Origin: the human T2T-CHM13v2.0 reference genome, Homo sapiens
DNA: 64,000 bases
Direction: 5' to 3' (one strand)
NCBI RefSeq assembly: GCF_009914755.1
Contig: NC_060931.1
The notes under the pieces are model-generated. The model was not told where the DNA came from. It saw nothing but the letters and a program-made list of their open reading frames with translations, and ran no database searches. Shown piece after piece: positions 50,439-64,000 of the stretch. The translations under genes were made by a program, and so were the position numbers. The stretch's first letter is position 1. Each line of letters starts with the position of its first letter.

Positions 50439-50457
50439 AAGACACCAGAGGGCACTA
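50439..50457 (+). promoter_or_regulatory. Candidate CTCF site
   Basis: aagACACCAGAGGGCACTA vs consensus CCASYAGRKGGCRS (first C replaced by A); YY1-type CGCCATTTT at 50483-50491. Confidence 0.45.
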
Positions 50458-50710
50458 CAGGACCACGTTTTGTAATTTCAGGCGCCATTTTACCCTTGGA
50501 TTTGAACAATAATTTCTTAAAAAACTGTTAACCTTCTGAGATCCGTATGTGGATTTATTTATTGCTTTCAATATCTTATCGCCACTAAGCTTAACTAGCT
50601 AGGCTTGGAAGGTTATTTTAAAGGACAATGCCCTAAAAAGGCAGACACAATTGGGCTTCCTCTTTATTTTACCTTCCTATAGAATGTCGGCATGTGTATG
50701 AGCGTGTATG

Positions 50711-50713
<3 letters not shown>

Positions 50714-50741
<28 letters not shown>
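50714..50741. repeat. (GT)14 microsatellite
   Basis: Read directly; preceded by tandem gtgtatgagc x2. Confidence 0.95.
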
Positions 50742-51569
50742 TTAGCAAACATTTATGATTGAAGAAACCATTCAGGGAATCCAAAAACTAAAATGCAGGA
50801 TTCCACTGCCTCCCCTCCACCCACCCCGCAAAAAAAAAAAAAAAAAAAAAAAGTGACGTTTCAGGCCAAAAAATTGTTTTCGTTGTTATTACTTCTGTAA
50901 CTGTCTTCAATCACCTATTAATTTAACCAGCAAATATGTATTGAAGCCCCTAATGTGCCAGTCCCTGGGCACACCATGATACCTGAGCCACATCTCACCC
51001 TGCAGGGTCTCACCCATGATGAGAAGGCAGTTCTCTTTACTCCTGTCAGCCAGATTTAGTCTTAGAGCATCAATATCCGTAAGTGAAAAGTGACACTTCA
51101 GCTTAGATTATTTCTCTTTTCACTGCCCTTCAGAAAATTTTTTTTTTTTTTTCAGAAGAAAATAGGATTTTAAAATCACTGCTTTCTAGATGTGACCATC
51201 TCAGCCTGAGCAAGAAGGATCAAAACTCTCTTGCTGGAACTGCCTTCTCAGTAACTGAATTTTTATGAATCAAATAAAATGGTTGCTTGTGGGTTTGGGG
51301 AATGCTTTTTTTCCTTCCAAAGTCCCATATTGATTAGAATGAACTACATCGAAATTTAACAAGTGACAGAAGAAAGTGCCACCACTCTTGGCGTCTAATG
51401 AAGCTGTTGGGCAGTGCTGCCATCCAGAGTGGGGGAAATGGGACACAGGAAGTCTGTTTCCTCCTCCCCCAACAATACTCCCAGCCCCATTGGTTTGTAC
51501 AAACAAACATGTGAGACCACGTGGTAACATAGACAAGTTACATTCCTTACCTCAGGTAATACCCACAAG

Positions 51570-51690
51570 ATAGCCCCATTTACCAGCTGAGCAAACTGAG
51601 GCTAAAGGTTACTTCTTTGCCCAAGGTCACACTGCCAATATCCAAACCCAAGTCTGTCCACCTCCAAAGATCATGTGCCTTCTGCTACCC
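51570..51690 (-). mobile_element. MIR fragment
   Basis: ccccatttaccagctgagcaaactgaggct...ttgcccaaggtcacac...aacccaagtctgtc. Confidence 0.7.
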
Positions 51691-51739
51691 AGTGTAAATA
51701 ACCCAAAAGAACTCAAAGACTGTTTTCTTTGAAGATAGG

Positions 51740-52141
51740 TGAGGCAGACACTGCTGTGTGCTTGCCCCGAGCCATCCTATCTGCTTCCTGTGCACACAGC
51801 TGGACTACATTTCCCAGCTCCCCTTGGGGGAAGGTTGGCCCTGTGAGTGGCGTCTAGCTAGTGGAATGTGAGTGGCAGTGAGGCCTGCCCACCTCCTGCA
51901 CAGTCCTTCATTCTCTCTCTCTACCTGTCACAGCCAGATGCAGAGTACTCAGCAGCAAACATTAAGGCCCTTAGGGATGGTGGGGCCACAGAATGAAAGG
52001 TGCCTGGGTCCCTGAATCACTGCATGGAAGCTGTCCAAGAAACGCTTTCAGTGGTCCAAGAGCAAGAAATAACTTGTTTTGTGTTAAGCCACTGTGACAC
52101 GGGGTTGCTTGTTAAACAGTTAGCCTTTGATACATAATACA
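51740..52141 (+). mobile_element. MaLR solo LTR (MLT1I/J-like)
   Basis: tgaggcaga...ctacatttcccagc...tggaatgtgagtgg...gcctgggtccctgaatcactgcatgga...tgtgttaagccactg...taataca. Confidence 0.85.
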
Positions 52142-52899
52142 CAAGGAAAGAAAATGGCTTCTATGAAGGTGTCCATTTGCCCACCAGGGGACTTGCCTAG
52201 TTCTGTGGTGGTGAATTTGTTCACAATTTCCCTGGGCGTCAGGAAAAGAAGACATTGAGCTAAGTGATCTCTAAGGTCTTTCCCCGACCTGAGAAAAGCC
52301 TGTGGTTCTGTGGTTCCCCTCTCTCACCCGCCGGATCCCGTCTCCCACCACTCATATCTGCAGGGGCCAGCTAAGTTACCTGGACCAGGAGGGACTTAGC
52401 CCAAACTCCTACCCACCCAGGAGTCTTCCTTCCCACATAACACCTTCCCTGTACTCTGCTGGGCAGCTATACACAGATATGCCCCCTCGGCAGTGGCAGC
52501 AATATGTAAGATGCCCCGGCAGGAGGACGGGGGGCTTCACATGGCCTTGTGCCACCTGTCCCAACTTTCCCTGCCCCCTGTGTAGCCTGTGTGGGAAGAT
52601 GAGCACCTTCCTCCAAGAAAAAGGCTGGGTATAGACCAAGACCTGGAAAACTGCTGGGTATCCGAAGAGTGAATATGAGGAATTCTGCTCTTTGAAAGCA
52701 CTGCTTCTTCGACTGATGTCACTAACATCCATGAAATATCATCCTTAAGCTATTTTAAGTCTACCTCCAGTGACTCATGGGATCTCCTTTTCTGTCACTG
52801 AACGTGATGTGCTCAAAATGAAGATAATGTTAATACAGGGAAAAGCAGAACTGAGAGTTTTAATGACACAGACTCCTGGCCAGATCAGGAAAGGAGGGT

Positions 52900-53075
52900 G
52901 TAGTTCGCGGCATTTGTGATTCCGGCTGGGTCTCCGGTGCGGAAATGAAACTCGCCCCCTGCTGGCCTGCCCCGGCGCTTTCAGAGGGAAGGGGAGCCAG
53001 GACGCCCGCGGGGATGGCTGCCCAGCTGCGAGTCACACACGAGCGTCGCCCACGCCCGGCGCCCCCGCACTGCCC
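52900..53075 (-). promoter_or_regulatory. Small CpG-rich element with a strong CTCF motif
   Basis: Minus strand GGCCAGCAGGGGGCGAG at ~52951-52967 is near-perfect CTCF consensus; local CpG cluster in otherwise CpG-poor DNA. Confidence 0.8.
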
Positions 53076-55489
53076 ATGATAGGGACCTACTGAATTGGAT
53101 ACTAGTGGTGTTTCTGGAAAAATCAGGGAGGATTGAGACCTGGGTTTTCGAGTGACAAATTGGTGATGCAGATGAAAAATGCAGGACCCAGTTGCATATG
53201 GTGGCAGTCTTTGGCTGCCTGGAGAGAAAGAGAGAGAGAGACCGCGCGCTCACTATCAATATGATTAACTATTATAGTGCGCAGTGTTTGGGGCTATCCA
53301 TTCCTTTTCCTCCTTCTTCTATCACAGATTCCTCCCTCTCTGATTTCAGAAGGAGGAGTTAGGGAGGGTCGGGTAAGTGCCTGACCTAGGCCACTCAGCA
53401 TCCCCCTTCCTCCACCAGAGTCCTTGGCCAACTAAAAACCATTCCTGGGAATCTTCTGCGGAACCCTGCCCCTCTACCCTCCAGCCTGCCAAGCCTTTTT
53501 TCTGTCCCCTGCAAACTAAAGAATCCTGACTACCAAAGCTATTGATGGTTCCCACAATATGTATTGTTTGAATCCACTAGCACCTGACACAACCCAAATT
53601 ATGAATTACCATAATTACCAAGGGTAAAACCCAAGGTTAATGATGAAACAAATTAGTGCACAGTTAAAAAATATAAAAGTGTTCTATAACTACTACAAAA
53701 TGAGATAAGGTTAATTAAAGTAATTTTCAAAATATTAACAGAACCATAGTTCCAGCAAGTATAGGAACATTATCAGCGCATTTGCATCATTAAAGGATTT
53801 AAACAATTTATAGAGCCATAGATAGAACACTTACATTTGTGAAGGTCAAAAAAAGGATAAACTATTTAGCTTTATTTTTGTAAGCCTATTTCGTTTTCTA
53901 CATACTGTGGCATTATTATATCTAAGAGTTAAACTGCTCTAAGTATTATTTGTAGATATCTATTTATGAAAGAGGTTATCTTGCTTATAGGAAAAATAAT
54001 GGATTAAGCTTAACCATTCACAAATGGACAGTTATTTGTAGGTACTTAAACGTGAAGATCTATCAGAGCATGGTAATTTGTCATTTTTTAGTGCTTATTT
54101 GACTGTCTATAAGAGCACAGTTGAGTACAAAATGACGATGTTTCTGTAGTGCCACTGCTAGTTTGATTGATAATGAGAAGATACAGCTACCATTTTTAAT
54201 TTTTAAAATGCAAGATTATTCTGGAGTAAATTAACCTAATCACACAGAGCAAGTAAATTAATGTCAGTTCCTTACTTAATTGCAAAAATAATATTAACCC
54301 AAAGAATCTAAATCCACTTCTGACACATATTCAATTTTTATAATGTTACATAGACAGTTTTTCTGGATTATATGTAATGGTTTCCAGCATTAGCTTCTCT
54401 GCTAATTGGAAACGTTGGGCATGGGAGCATACATATTCCAGTGGTGTTGAAGAAGGTTGCTTCCAGAATTGATCTAGCTATATTACAATTCGGGCACCAT
54501 CAAAGAACCATTGGGTATTTTTCATGGCAAGCCTGCCATAAACTCACCCAGTGAGAACTTCTCAGGGCTTTCATTCTCCTGGCGTAAGTGGGTTTTTTCC
54601 AAAGCAGACCAACAGCTCTCACTTGAGAACTCAAGTTTTCCAGCTCTCATTTCCCCAGTCTGCCCCAAGCGAGTCAAACAGTGTCAGTACTGTCTCCCGC
54701 AGCACCTTGAGGGCTGGTGCCTGTGTTTTCCCGAAATGAGGGTAGACGTGGTTCATGCAGACTGGAGGAGAGTCCCTGAACTCACAAAATGTCTCCTCGG
54801 CCTTAATGCTTTCCAAGTTGGGAGATTTATGTTGCAACCTTGAGAAGGGCAGAGTAAATACAGAGCCTGCCAGCTATTTGTTTTCCTGTTGATGAATTCC
54901 CCAAATTCAGACTGGAAGCCCTCCAAGAACTGAAGTCTCTTCAAAAGGCAAAGTGTTAACCCTGAATCCTTCAGCTGCTTTTGCCACGTCTTTCTCCCCC
55001 ACCCAGAAAGCTCCAAAGTATCTCTGAGGTTGTGTTCGCTGTATATGAAGCTCTCCGATGACTCTTCCTTTTTATCACACAAAACAAGCCAGGGCCAAAG
55101 ACCACGGAGGAAGAAACCAGCTTACCACATGGTGCAGGGATCTTGCAAGAGCTTCTCCTAGTGAGGCTCCCTAGAGCCTCACTCCTACACATTCAGTATA
55201 GCTTTCTTTAGTCATGAAAGTGATTCCACTACCTAGTCAAACTTTGCTAGCTTGAAATATTTGCCACATGCTCTATTGCAATTGTGGTTTTCATCTTTAA
55301 ATCATACATCCTTAATCTTCTCCTTGGAAATGTAACAAATTAGCACCATATTTTTGTTTGTTAGTTTTTCCTGAACATGAACCATACAGTTTATGAACCA
55401 ATCTAGATAAAATGACCATTTTTAATCCCCAAATCACTCTTTATTTTTAGTGTTTAGTTTCACTGGCTGCTTTTATAATTTAAAAATTT

Positions 55490-56230
<741 letters not shown>

Positions 56231-56324
56231 GCTTGCTGTGCCCTCATCCACATCCAGGATAGCTGTGTTTGCCTCTGGGCCTACACAATAGACACCTCCA
56301 CTGAAACAGGTGGTGTGGCCCAGG

Positions 56325-56500
56325 TTTGGGAAGGGCTTAGACTGGGAGTCAGGAGACCTGGCCTTGAATTTGGATTCTCCTATTATGTAGCTCTGTGACA
56401 TCGCAGAAAACCCTTAGCAGCAAGAATAAAAATTGGGAACAGACTACCAAAATAAGGTAATGAACGTGAAAATGCTCTGTAAATGCAAAATATGAGGACT
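56325..56500 (+). mobile_element. MIR/MIR3 fragment
   Basis: agactgggagtcaggagacctgg...tagctctgtgac...gtgaaaatgctctgtaaa. Confidence 0.6.
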
Positions 56501-56802
56501 TATTATGGCAAGGCACCTATCTGTTGCTACTGGTACCTAAATTTCCGTGCTAAAATTAGAAACTGGGTTTATAATGTAAATTATAAACAAAAAATAAAAT
56601 TTTATGGAAATATTGACTTAAGGTTTCCTTCTTAAATATAAGAGATAGGTGACTTTCTTATTAGCATACTTTCTCCCATCTCTTTCTGAGCTTACCCCCA
56701 AAAAATTCTGCAGCATCTGAATCCCAGGTGAGCCTGCCTAACTTTAATATGTGAAATAAAGTTGTATATTGTCTTGGATTATGCAAACTAAGCTGGTAAT
56801 GA

Positions 56803-57159
<357 letters not shown>

Positions 57160-59435
57160 TAGATGGAGGCAGTATTAACTCAAGACATTTTTTCTATTTT
57201 CACTGTTGCAACTGAATACAAAGCCTTCCCTCGGATCAGGCCACTCCGTTTCTGCCGTTCCAACACAGGATACTCTATCCACATTCTTTCCTGCTTCTCC
57301 TCATCCACATGGAGCCATATTTCCTCTAAGGTTTGCCAGGACCCACCTTCTCCTGAAGTCTTTCCCAACTACTCCAGTGTGAAAGCTTTACTTTCCAAGA
57401 ATGCTTACCTGTGAATCCCCTGGCTCGCTCAGGAGTACCCCTGCTCTGTAAGGTCCTTTCATCATTTCATTTCTAGAGTGTAGACATTTCTTCCCCATCT
57501 AAGCCGTAAACCATTTGAAGAGAGAGTTTCTTCCTTTGCATTTGAAGCACCGTGTATATTCTTGGCCATAAACTAACTTGCCCTTGAGGTTGACAAAGAA
57601 AGAAAGTTTTACCCAGGACCGAGAGTCATTTTCCCAGTAACTCTCACCGGGGAAACTTTCTCTAGACTTTGCACCTCTTGGCATGAGGGGGTTGGAGGGC
57701 AGGTCAGTGCCTCCAGCTACTTTTCTTCTGGGAACTATTTTTCCCTCATTAATTGTGCTGACAGGATTAAGAATAGCTCAAAAGCCAGCGGCAAAGGCTA
57801 ACGTGGACAATTTTGCTATTTTCTCCTTTTTTTTTTCTCACCCAACTCCTCTTGCGTCACCCTCCCACCCCTTGGCTAGATATATATCTTTTTTCTTATT
57901 AAACAGCACTGTTTTTTAAAACAAAATGAATGAAGAGGCTGCATTTTCATATCATCATGATTCCTAGAGAAACATTAAAGTTATGAGGGCAATAATGTCT
58001 TATTCACATTTTGGAGGGCTGAAACTCAGCTATATTTTAGTGACCCTTCTAGATATGTTCCCATTTCTAGAGGCTTAATTAGGGCATGTGTGATTGCAAG
58101 AAACAGAAACCTACCCAAATTATTCAAGTCAAAGAATAGAATCGAGGTTCAGGGAGGTACACCAGTCTTTCCAGCACACTAGCCTTGAAATCTTTCATGA
58201 TTTCTCAAAGGGAGCCCTGGTTTTAAAAGCATTGAGAAGGACTGTGTTGGACTAAGAAATTGCCCAACAATAGAGAGGTAAGATTCCTTGCTTCCCATCA
58301 GGCAACTGGTAAGGTTCAGAGAATCTTTCTAGTTATTGGGAGCTATGGGAGGTTGATGATATCTGCTTTCAACTCTAATGGAATACAAAGATTGTAACAT
58401 GTGTGTCTCCAGTTGGGGCATCAGGCCCCAGGCGACGACTCAAAACAACTTTCCTCAGAACACAGTTTCAAAAAGAGCATTTGGCAACTGTCCTGAGAAG
58501 AGGTTCTGAGAAAGAGCTCAGCAACCCAGCCAAATATAATCTCCTCCCAAAATTAGGCCAAAGTTGTCAGCAGTTGCTGAGGACTTAAAGGCTAAAGTCA
58601 GAGCCCTGACCAATTAATTTGTAAACAAATTCATCATTGGCCTCCTTCGGAAACCACTCCATGGGATTTATCTGCCCTATTGGCAATCATGTCTTCAGAA
58701 CATATATTAGGGGGAAAAGTTGAAATCTAAGTTTGTGCTCACCACCACCAAAGGAAATGATCCCATGATCCAGAACTTTCAACTACCCATTTGTTTCCAT
58801 GCCATTTCACATTTCACTTCCATCTTAGCTTCTTTTTAATTTTAGAATCATCTGATGGCTAATTTTAAAAAGCTAGCAGGTAAAGCCTCCAACACCAGTC
58901 TTTCAGCAGTTTTGGGAATGGTCTAGCTTTGCCCTGGACCCCAAACTCAGTCATGCCAGGCCCCTCCTACCTACCTCCTTTCAAACTAGAATATTCTCAG
59001 CTTCCAGAAACTCAATCACAATGAAGCTGAGTCTGTCACTGATGTTGTTAATTGTCAACAAAAGATGTGGTCATAGTTTACCAAGATTTAGTTCCAATGA
59101 TGAAATAAATACTATTTCTGACTTCAATCTTTTGTAAAAGACCACTTCCAGGGGTTGAGCTAACAGGATATATCTTCCATAAACTTGCTTCACAGGTACC
59201 ACAGCTGCTGAACTGGAGGAAACAAAAGGGAAATACAGCAGTCTCCTGGACTATCAGAATTTCTCTTTCTGCTAGTATCACATGAGATGAGTCATGTGGA
59301 AGGGTGTTGAAAATAATAAAGCACTAAGGAAATGGGAGCCCATAAAAGAAATATAAGGGATATCATGTCAACTATTTCAGGCAGAAGTTGAATAAATACT
59401 CTCGTTACCATTTTGAATTCAAAGTTCAAATCAGA

Positions 59436-60130
<695 letters not shown>

Positions 60131-60329
60131 TAAAGTACATTGACTTTTTCTTTTTAATTAAATTTCTTTAGGAACTTAGTGCTCTTTGGAGATGCTCACG
60201 ATGAATGGAAGTGATTGTAAATTGTGCAGCTTTTGTACCAGGTCTATACAGTCAATAATCTAAGTAGTTTTAAAAAGTCAGTTCCAAATCAGATAACACT
60301 GTACACAGTGAATAAACATCTAACCTAAT

Positions 60330-60530
60330 GGCTCAGTGGATTAAAACAGTTGGCTTTGGCACTCAAAGTTCTCATTGTGATCCAGTCATTTATTTTCTCT
60401 GAGATCCTAAGTAATTCCATCTCTTTTCTCTGTTTTGGTTTTAAGATGTAGAGAAGGACCTGCCTCAGAGGGTTTCGGTGAGCAATAAAAATAACTATAA
60501 ACCACTTTTCCGGCACAAAGTGCTGCATAA
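60330..60530 (+). mobile_element. MIR fragment
   Basis: cagtggattaaaaca...ggctttgg...acctgcctcagagggttt...gtgag. Confidence 0.5.
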
Positions 60531-61324
60531 ATGCTTAATGATTTCCTTTAATGATATCATGGACAGGGGCACCGTACTTTTAAGTGAAATATTTTCATTT
60601 GAGTTATAGCATGTAATACTCTAGATGTCAAGGCCTGATGGATGGTTGAAATAAGGATCTTTTGGGTTTTTTCTGGAGTCCAGATAATTTAATCATTTCT
60701 CCTTCATCTACAAAAATTACCTAATTAAACACATGCAAGACTCAGATGACTCAGATCTCAGAGTAGGCTAATGATAGTCCATATAAAGAGAGGGGAGTTT
60801 GTCGGCTGCCGTGAATGATACAGTCTTAAGGCCATCAGTTTTGTTCATGAATTCTGCTCTGAAGGAAAAACACTCAGTTGGCCTTTTTTTTCTTAACTTA
60901 CTCTTATTCTAGAAAATCATAGCCTTATATTATACAGAGCCCAAATCAGTCTCAAGAGGCAGGCATTTACTTTCTAATGAAGGTGGGCATTTTGTTCTCT
61001 AGACCATGAATGACAGCATTTAGTCAACCGTATCCATGAAGAGGCCCCATTCTTCTCTGTAAAGAATAAGAAGGGAACAGGCAGGGACAATTCTTTGGAG
61101 GTAATGGTCTTTGACACTTTTTGTTTCAAAAATGCAGTTATATAACCATTTATTATTTTCTATGTGTATCCTAAAATCAATGAGTTGAGAAGTTCCACCC
61201 TACTGGTCCATTTGCAAACCTCTTGCAAATATCAATAGAGAAAACTCTATTCACATAGATGTTCCACCTCTGAATTATTCCAACTCTCAGATGTTAGATG
61301 TGGCCTCTCCCCTTCCCACTCATC

Positions 61325-61570
61325 TTCTCATAATAGCTCCCATTTACCTAATGCTTACCTTATGCCAGACTTTTAACATGCAATTAACGTGATCTTATGT
61401 AGTTCATACCATAGTCCTGTAGGGTAGGAATTTTTTAACCCATTTATCAGATGAGAAAATTATGCGCAGTGAAGTTCAGTAATTTATCCTAAGTCAAACA
61501 GCTGTAAGAAGCAGACCCTGAATTCAGACCCAGGCTAGGTGCCTCCCCAGTCTGAGCTATTAACCTCAAC
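61325..61570 (-). mobile_element. MIR SINE
   Basis: ataatagctcccattta...tgcttac...tatgccag...cccatttatcagatgagaaaat...aagttcagtaatttatcctaagtcaaacagct. Confidence 0.75.
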
Positions 61571-62055
61571 ACTAATGTGGCTTTTCACCTAGCCTGAGCC
61601 CCACATGGTTGAGGAAGGAAATGGGGAAGATGGGGCAAGGAAGGGAAGGGAAGAGAAGGAAACAAAGGTTACTATGGCTTTTTTTCTTAGAAAGAATGTT
61701 TAGAGCTGAAAACAATTGCAGATTTTCCAGCTACTTCTATGGTTTTTAGAGAAAAAAAAAAAAATACAGATTCTACACAGTATGTTGGGTCCAGAATCAG
61801 TGTCCAAGATTTCCAACTCCCATATATACTCTTTCCACCATAGACCTCCCACCTACCTCCACCCCTAATTTTTAAAAATAACTTCTATGAGTGAATTTAC
61901 ATCTTATTAAAAAATACATAAATAATTCCAATTGTTTTAGTGGCCTAGAATAGCAGTCCGTATGAATGGTAAGACCAACCCTTAAATTTCTTCATTGTTC
62001 ATTTAACTAACATTTCAGAGCATCTACCTTGGGCAGGGCTCTGTGTCAAGGGTCA

Positions 62056-62453
<398 letters not shown>

Positions 62454-62599
62454 TTGACTCTTCTATCATATGCCACCCATCAAGAGGCAAAAAAAAAGTG
62501 AAGGTGATTCGAAATGATTATTTCAATAATATCCTTTCTATATTCAAATATTTTATCCATTTCTGTAATACCCAAAACCCTTTTAGTTATGCTGAAGGA

Positions 62600-63660
62600 A
62601 AGTGTTTTATTCATTGCAAATTCTTGTTGCACAACAACTATGTACAAGGAAGCTTCTGGGCACATGGGATGCATCCCTGAACAAAATGGACAAAAATTTC
62701 TACCCTCATGGAGATTACGTTCTTAACTGATGGAGGCAGGCAGTAAGCAATAACCATAATGAGCTAGTAAATTATATATTATGTTAAAAGGTAATGTGGG
62801 TTAGAGAAAAATGAAATAGCCAAGGGTAAGTGGGATTTGGAGTTCAGAAGGGAAGAGGGACAGGTTGTCAATTTAAATAGGATGGGCAGAGCAGGCCTCA
62901 CTGAGGATCTGTGAGCACTTTTTCAGATGGAAGAACCTTTCAGCAGGGTGGACAGCTGGTGCCCGGCCCTAAGGTGGGAGCAGAAAGGAGGTCACTGTTG
63001 CTGAGCTGAGTGAGCAAAAGGGAAAACAGGAGGAAACGAGTCAGAAAGAGAAGCAGGGAATTTGGGGCAGGGTGTGCAGATTACGTAGGGCCTGGGAGTC
63101 CACTCTAAGAACTCCAGCTTTACTCAGTGTGAAATGGAGAGTGCCTGGAGGCTTGTGGGCAGAGAAGTGATATAACGAGGCTTGGATTTTAAAAGGAGCC
63201 CTCAGGTTGCTGTGTTGAGAACATACTTCAGGGGGCAAGAGTAGAGGCCAAGAGACCAACTAGGAGACATTAAAGCATCTGACTGAAGTCATCCAGGTAA
63301 GAGACCACGCTAGCCCAGACCAGTGTGGGAGCAAGCAGGTAGGGAAATGGCTGGATTCTGGATACCATGGGTTTTCCTGGCAGATTGGATGGGGGAAACA
63401 TGACAAAAGAGAAAAGGTCTGGAGGATGCCAAGGTTTTTAGTCTAAGCAGCTGGAAGGCTGAAGTTGCCAGTTACTGAGACAGGGAGAATGTGGGTGCAG
63501 CTAATTTGCAGTGCTGAATTCAGGAGTTCGGGTGTGGTCAGGTTTAATTTGAGATGTCTAATTAGCCCTTGAAGTGGAGGGGTTGAGTAGGTAGAGACGT
63601 GGGCCTGGAGGCTAGGAGGGGGGCCTGAACTGCAGGTGTGAATTTGGGAGGTAGCTCCCT
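62600..63660 (-). mobile_element. LINE-2 (L2a/b-like) ~1 kb fragment including the decayed ORF2 end
   Basis: Typical reverse L2 sequence (ccctcatggagattac, aggcctcactgag, ttttaaaaggagccctc, tttgagatgtcta); minus-frame peptide HLKLNLTTPELL resembles the L2/CR1 RT motif LKLNxxKTE. Confidence 0.85.
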
Positions 63661-63805
63661 CTGAAAGCCATGAGGCTAAACAAAACCACAATGGGGCTTG
63701 TGATGTCTGGCAAAAGCTGGTGAAAACCAACTGCTCATTCAATTGGAGAATTTCATTTTCCCAAACAAGTGAAATGACTAAGAGCAAAAGATCGTTTGAC
63801 AATTA

Positions 63806-64000
63806 CAGTCATCCCTCAGAATCTGTAGAGGTTCCAGGATGCCCAACGATACCAAAATCCATGGATGTTCAAGTCACTGATATAAATGGTGTAGTATTTG
63901 CATTTCACCTACACACACACTCGTGTACACTTTAAATAAACTCTAGATTACTTATATTACTTAATACAAGACCTAGATTTCACTTCATTCACATAGATTA
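63806..64000 (+). mobile_element. MER2/MER2B (TcMar-Tigger), truncated by the window end
   Basis: ta-cagtcatccctcag...gataccaaaatccatggatgttcaagtc...gtagtatttgcat...ctctagattacttata. Confidence 0.9.

Noticed and set aside
63443-63802. ORF containing an RT-like LKLN motif
   Set aside because: Decayed LINE-2 ORF2 remnant, not a gene.

Overview
Primate (almost certainly human) non-coding genomic DNA. I can support no protein-coding gene, tRNA, rRNA or CRISPR array; the ORF track is explained by GC-rich CpG-island sequence, Alu/L2 repeats and chance. Part 1 (~1-7 kb) and part 3 (~22-64 kb) are ordinary sequence rich in old repeats: L2, MIR, L1M, MaLR LTRs, hAT and Tc1/mariner MITEs, and 8 Alu-family elements. 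Part 3 also holds an enhancer-like block at ~41.9-42.3 kb and CTCF-like sites at ~50.4 and ~52.95 kb. Part 2 (~8-21 kb) is an almost transposon-free, CpG-retaining domain with five CpG-rich islands and four NF-Y-rich promoter-like modules. It also carries NRF1/ETS/CRE/octamer motifs, a 61-bp Z-DNA-type tract and several PBX-HOX sites, yet has no gene. From remembered island sizes and spacing (not verified), I tentatively place the window at human 7p15.2, roughly hg19 chr7:25.88-25.95 Mb. That is the NPVF-MIR148A/NFE2L3 gene desert, reported to hold long-range HOXA control elements and the endometriosis GWAS variant rs12700667. The best candidate 'system' is this orphan CpG-island/promoter archipelago acting as a HOX-responsive long-range regulatory hub; that function is inference. 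Repeat family names come from recalled consensus sequences and boundaries are approximate.
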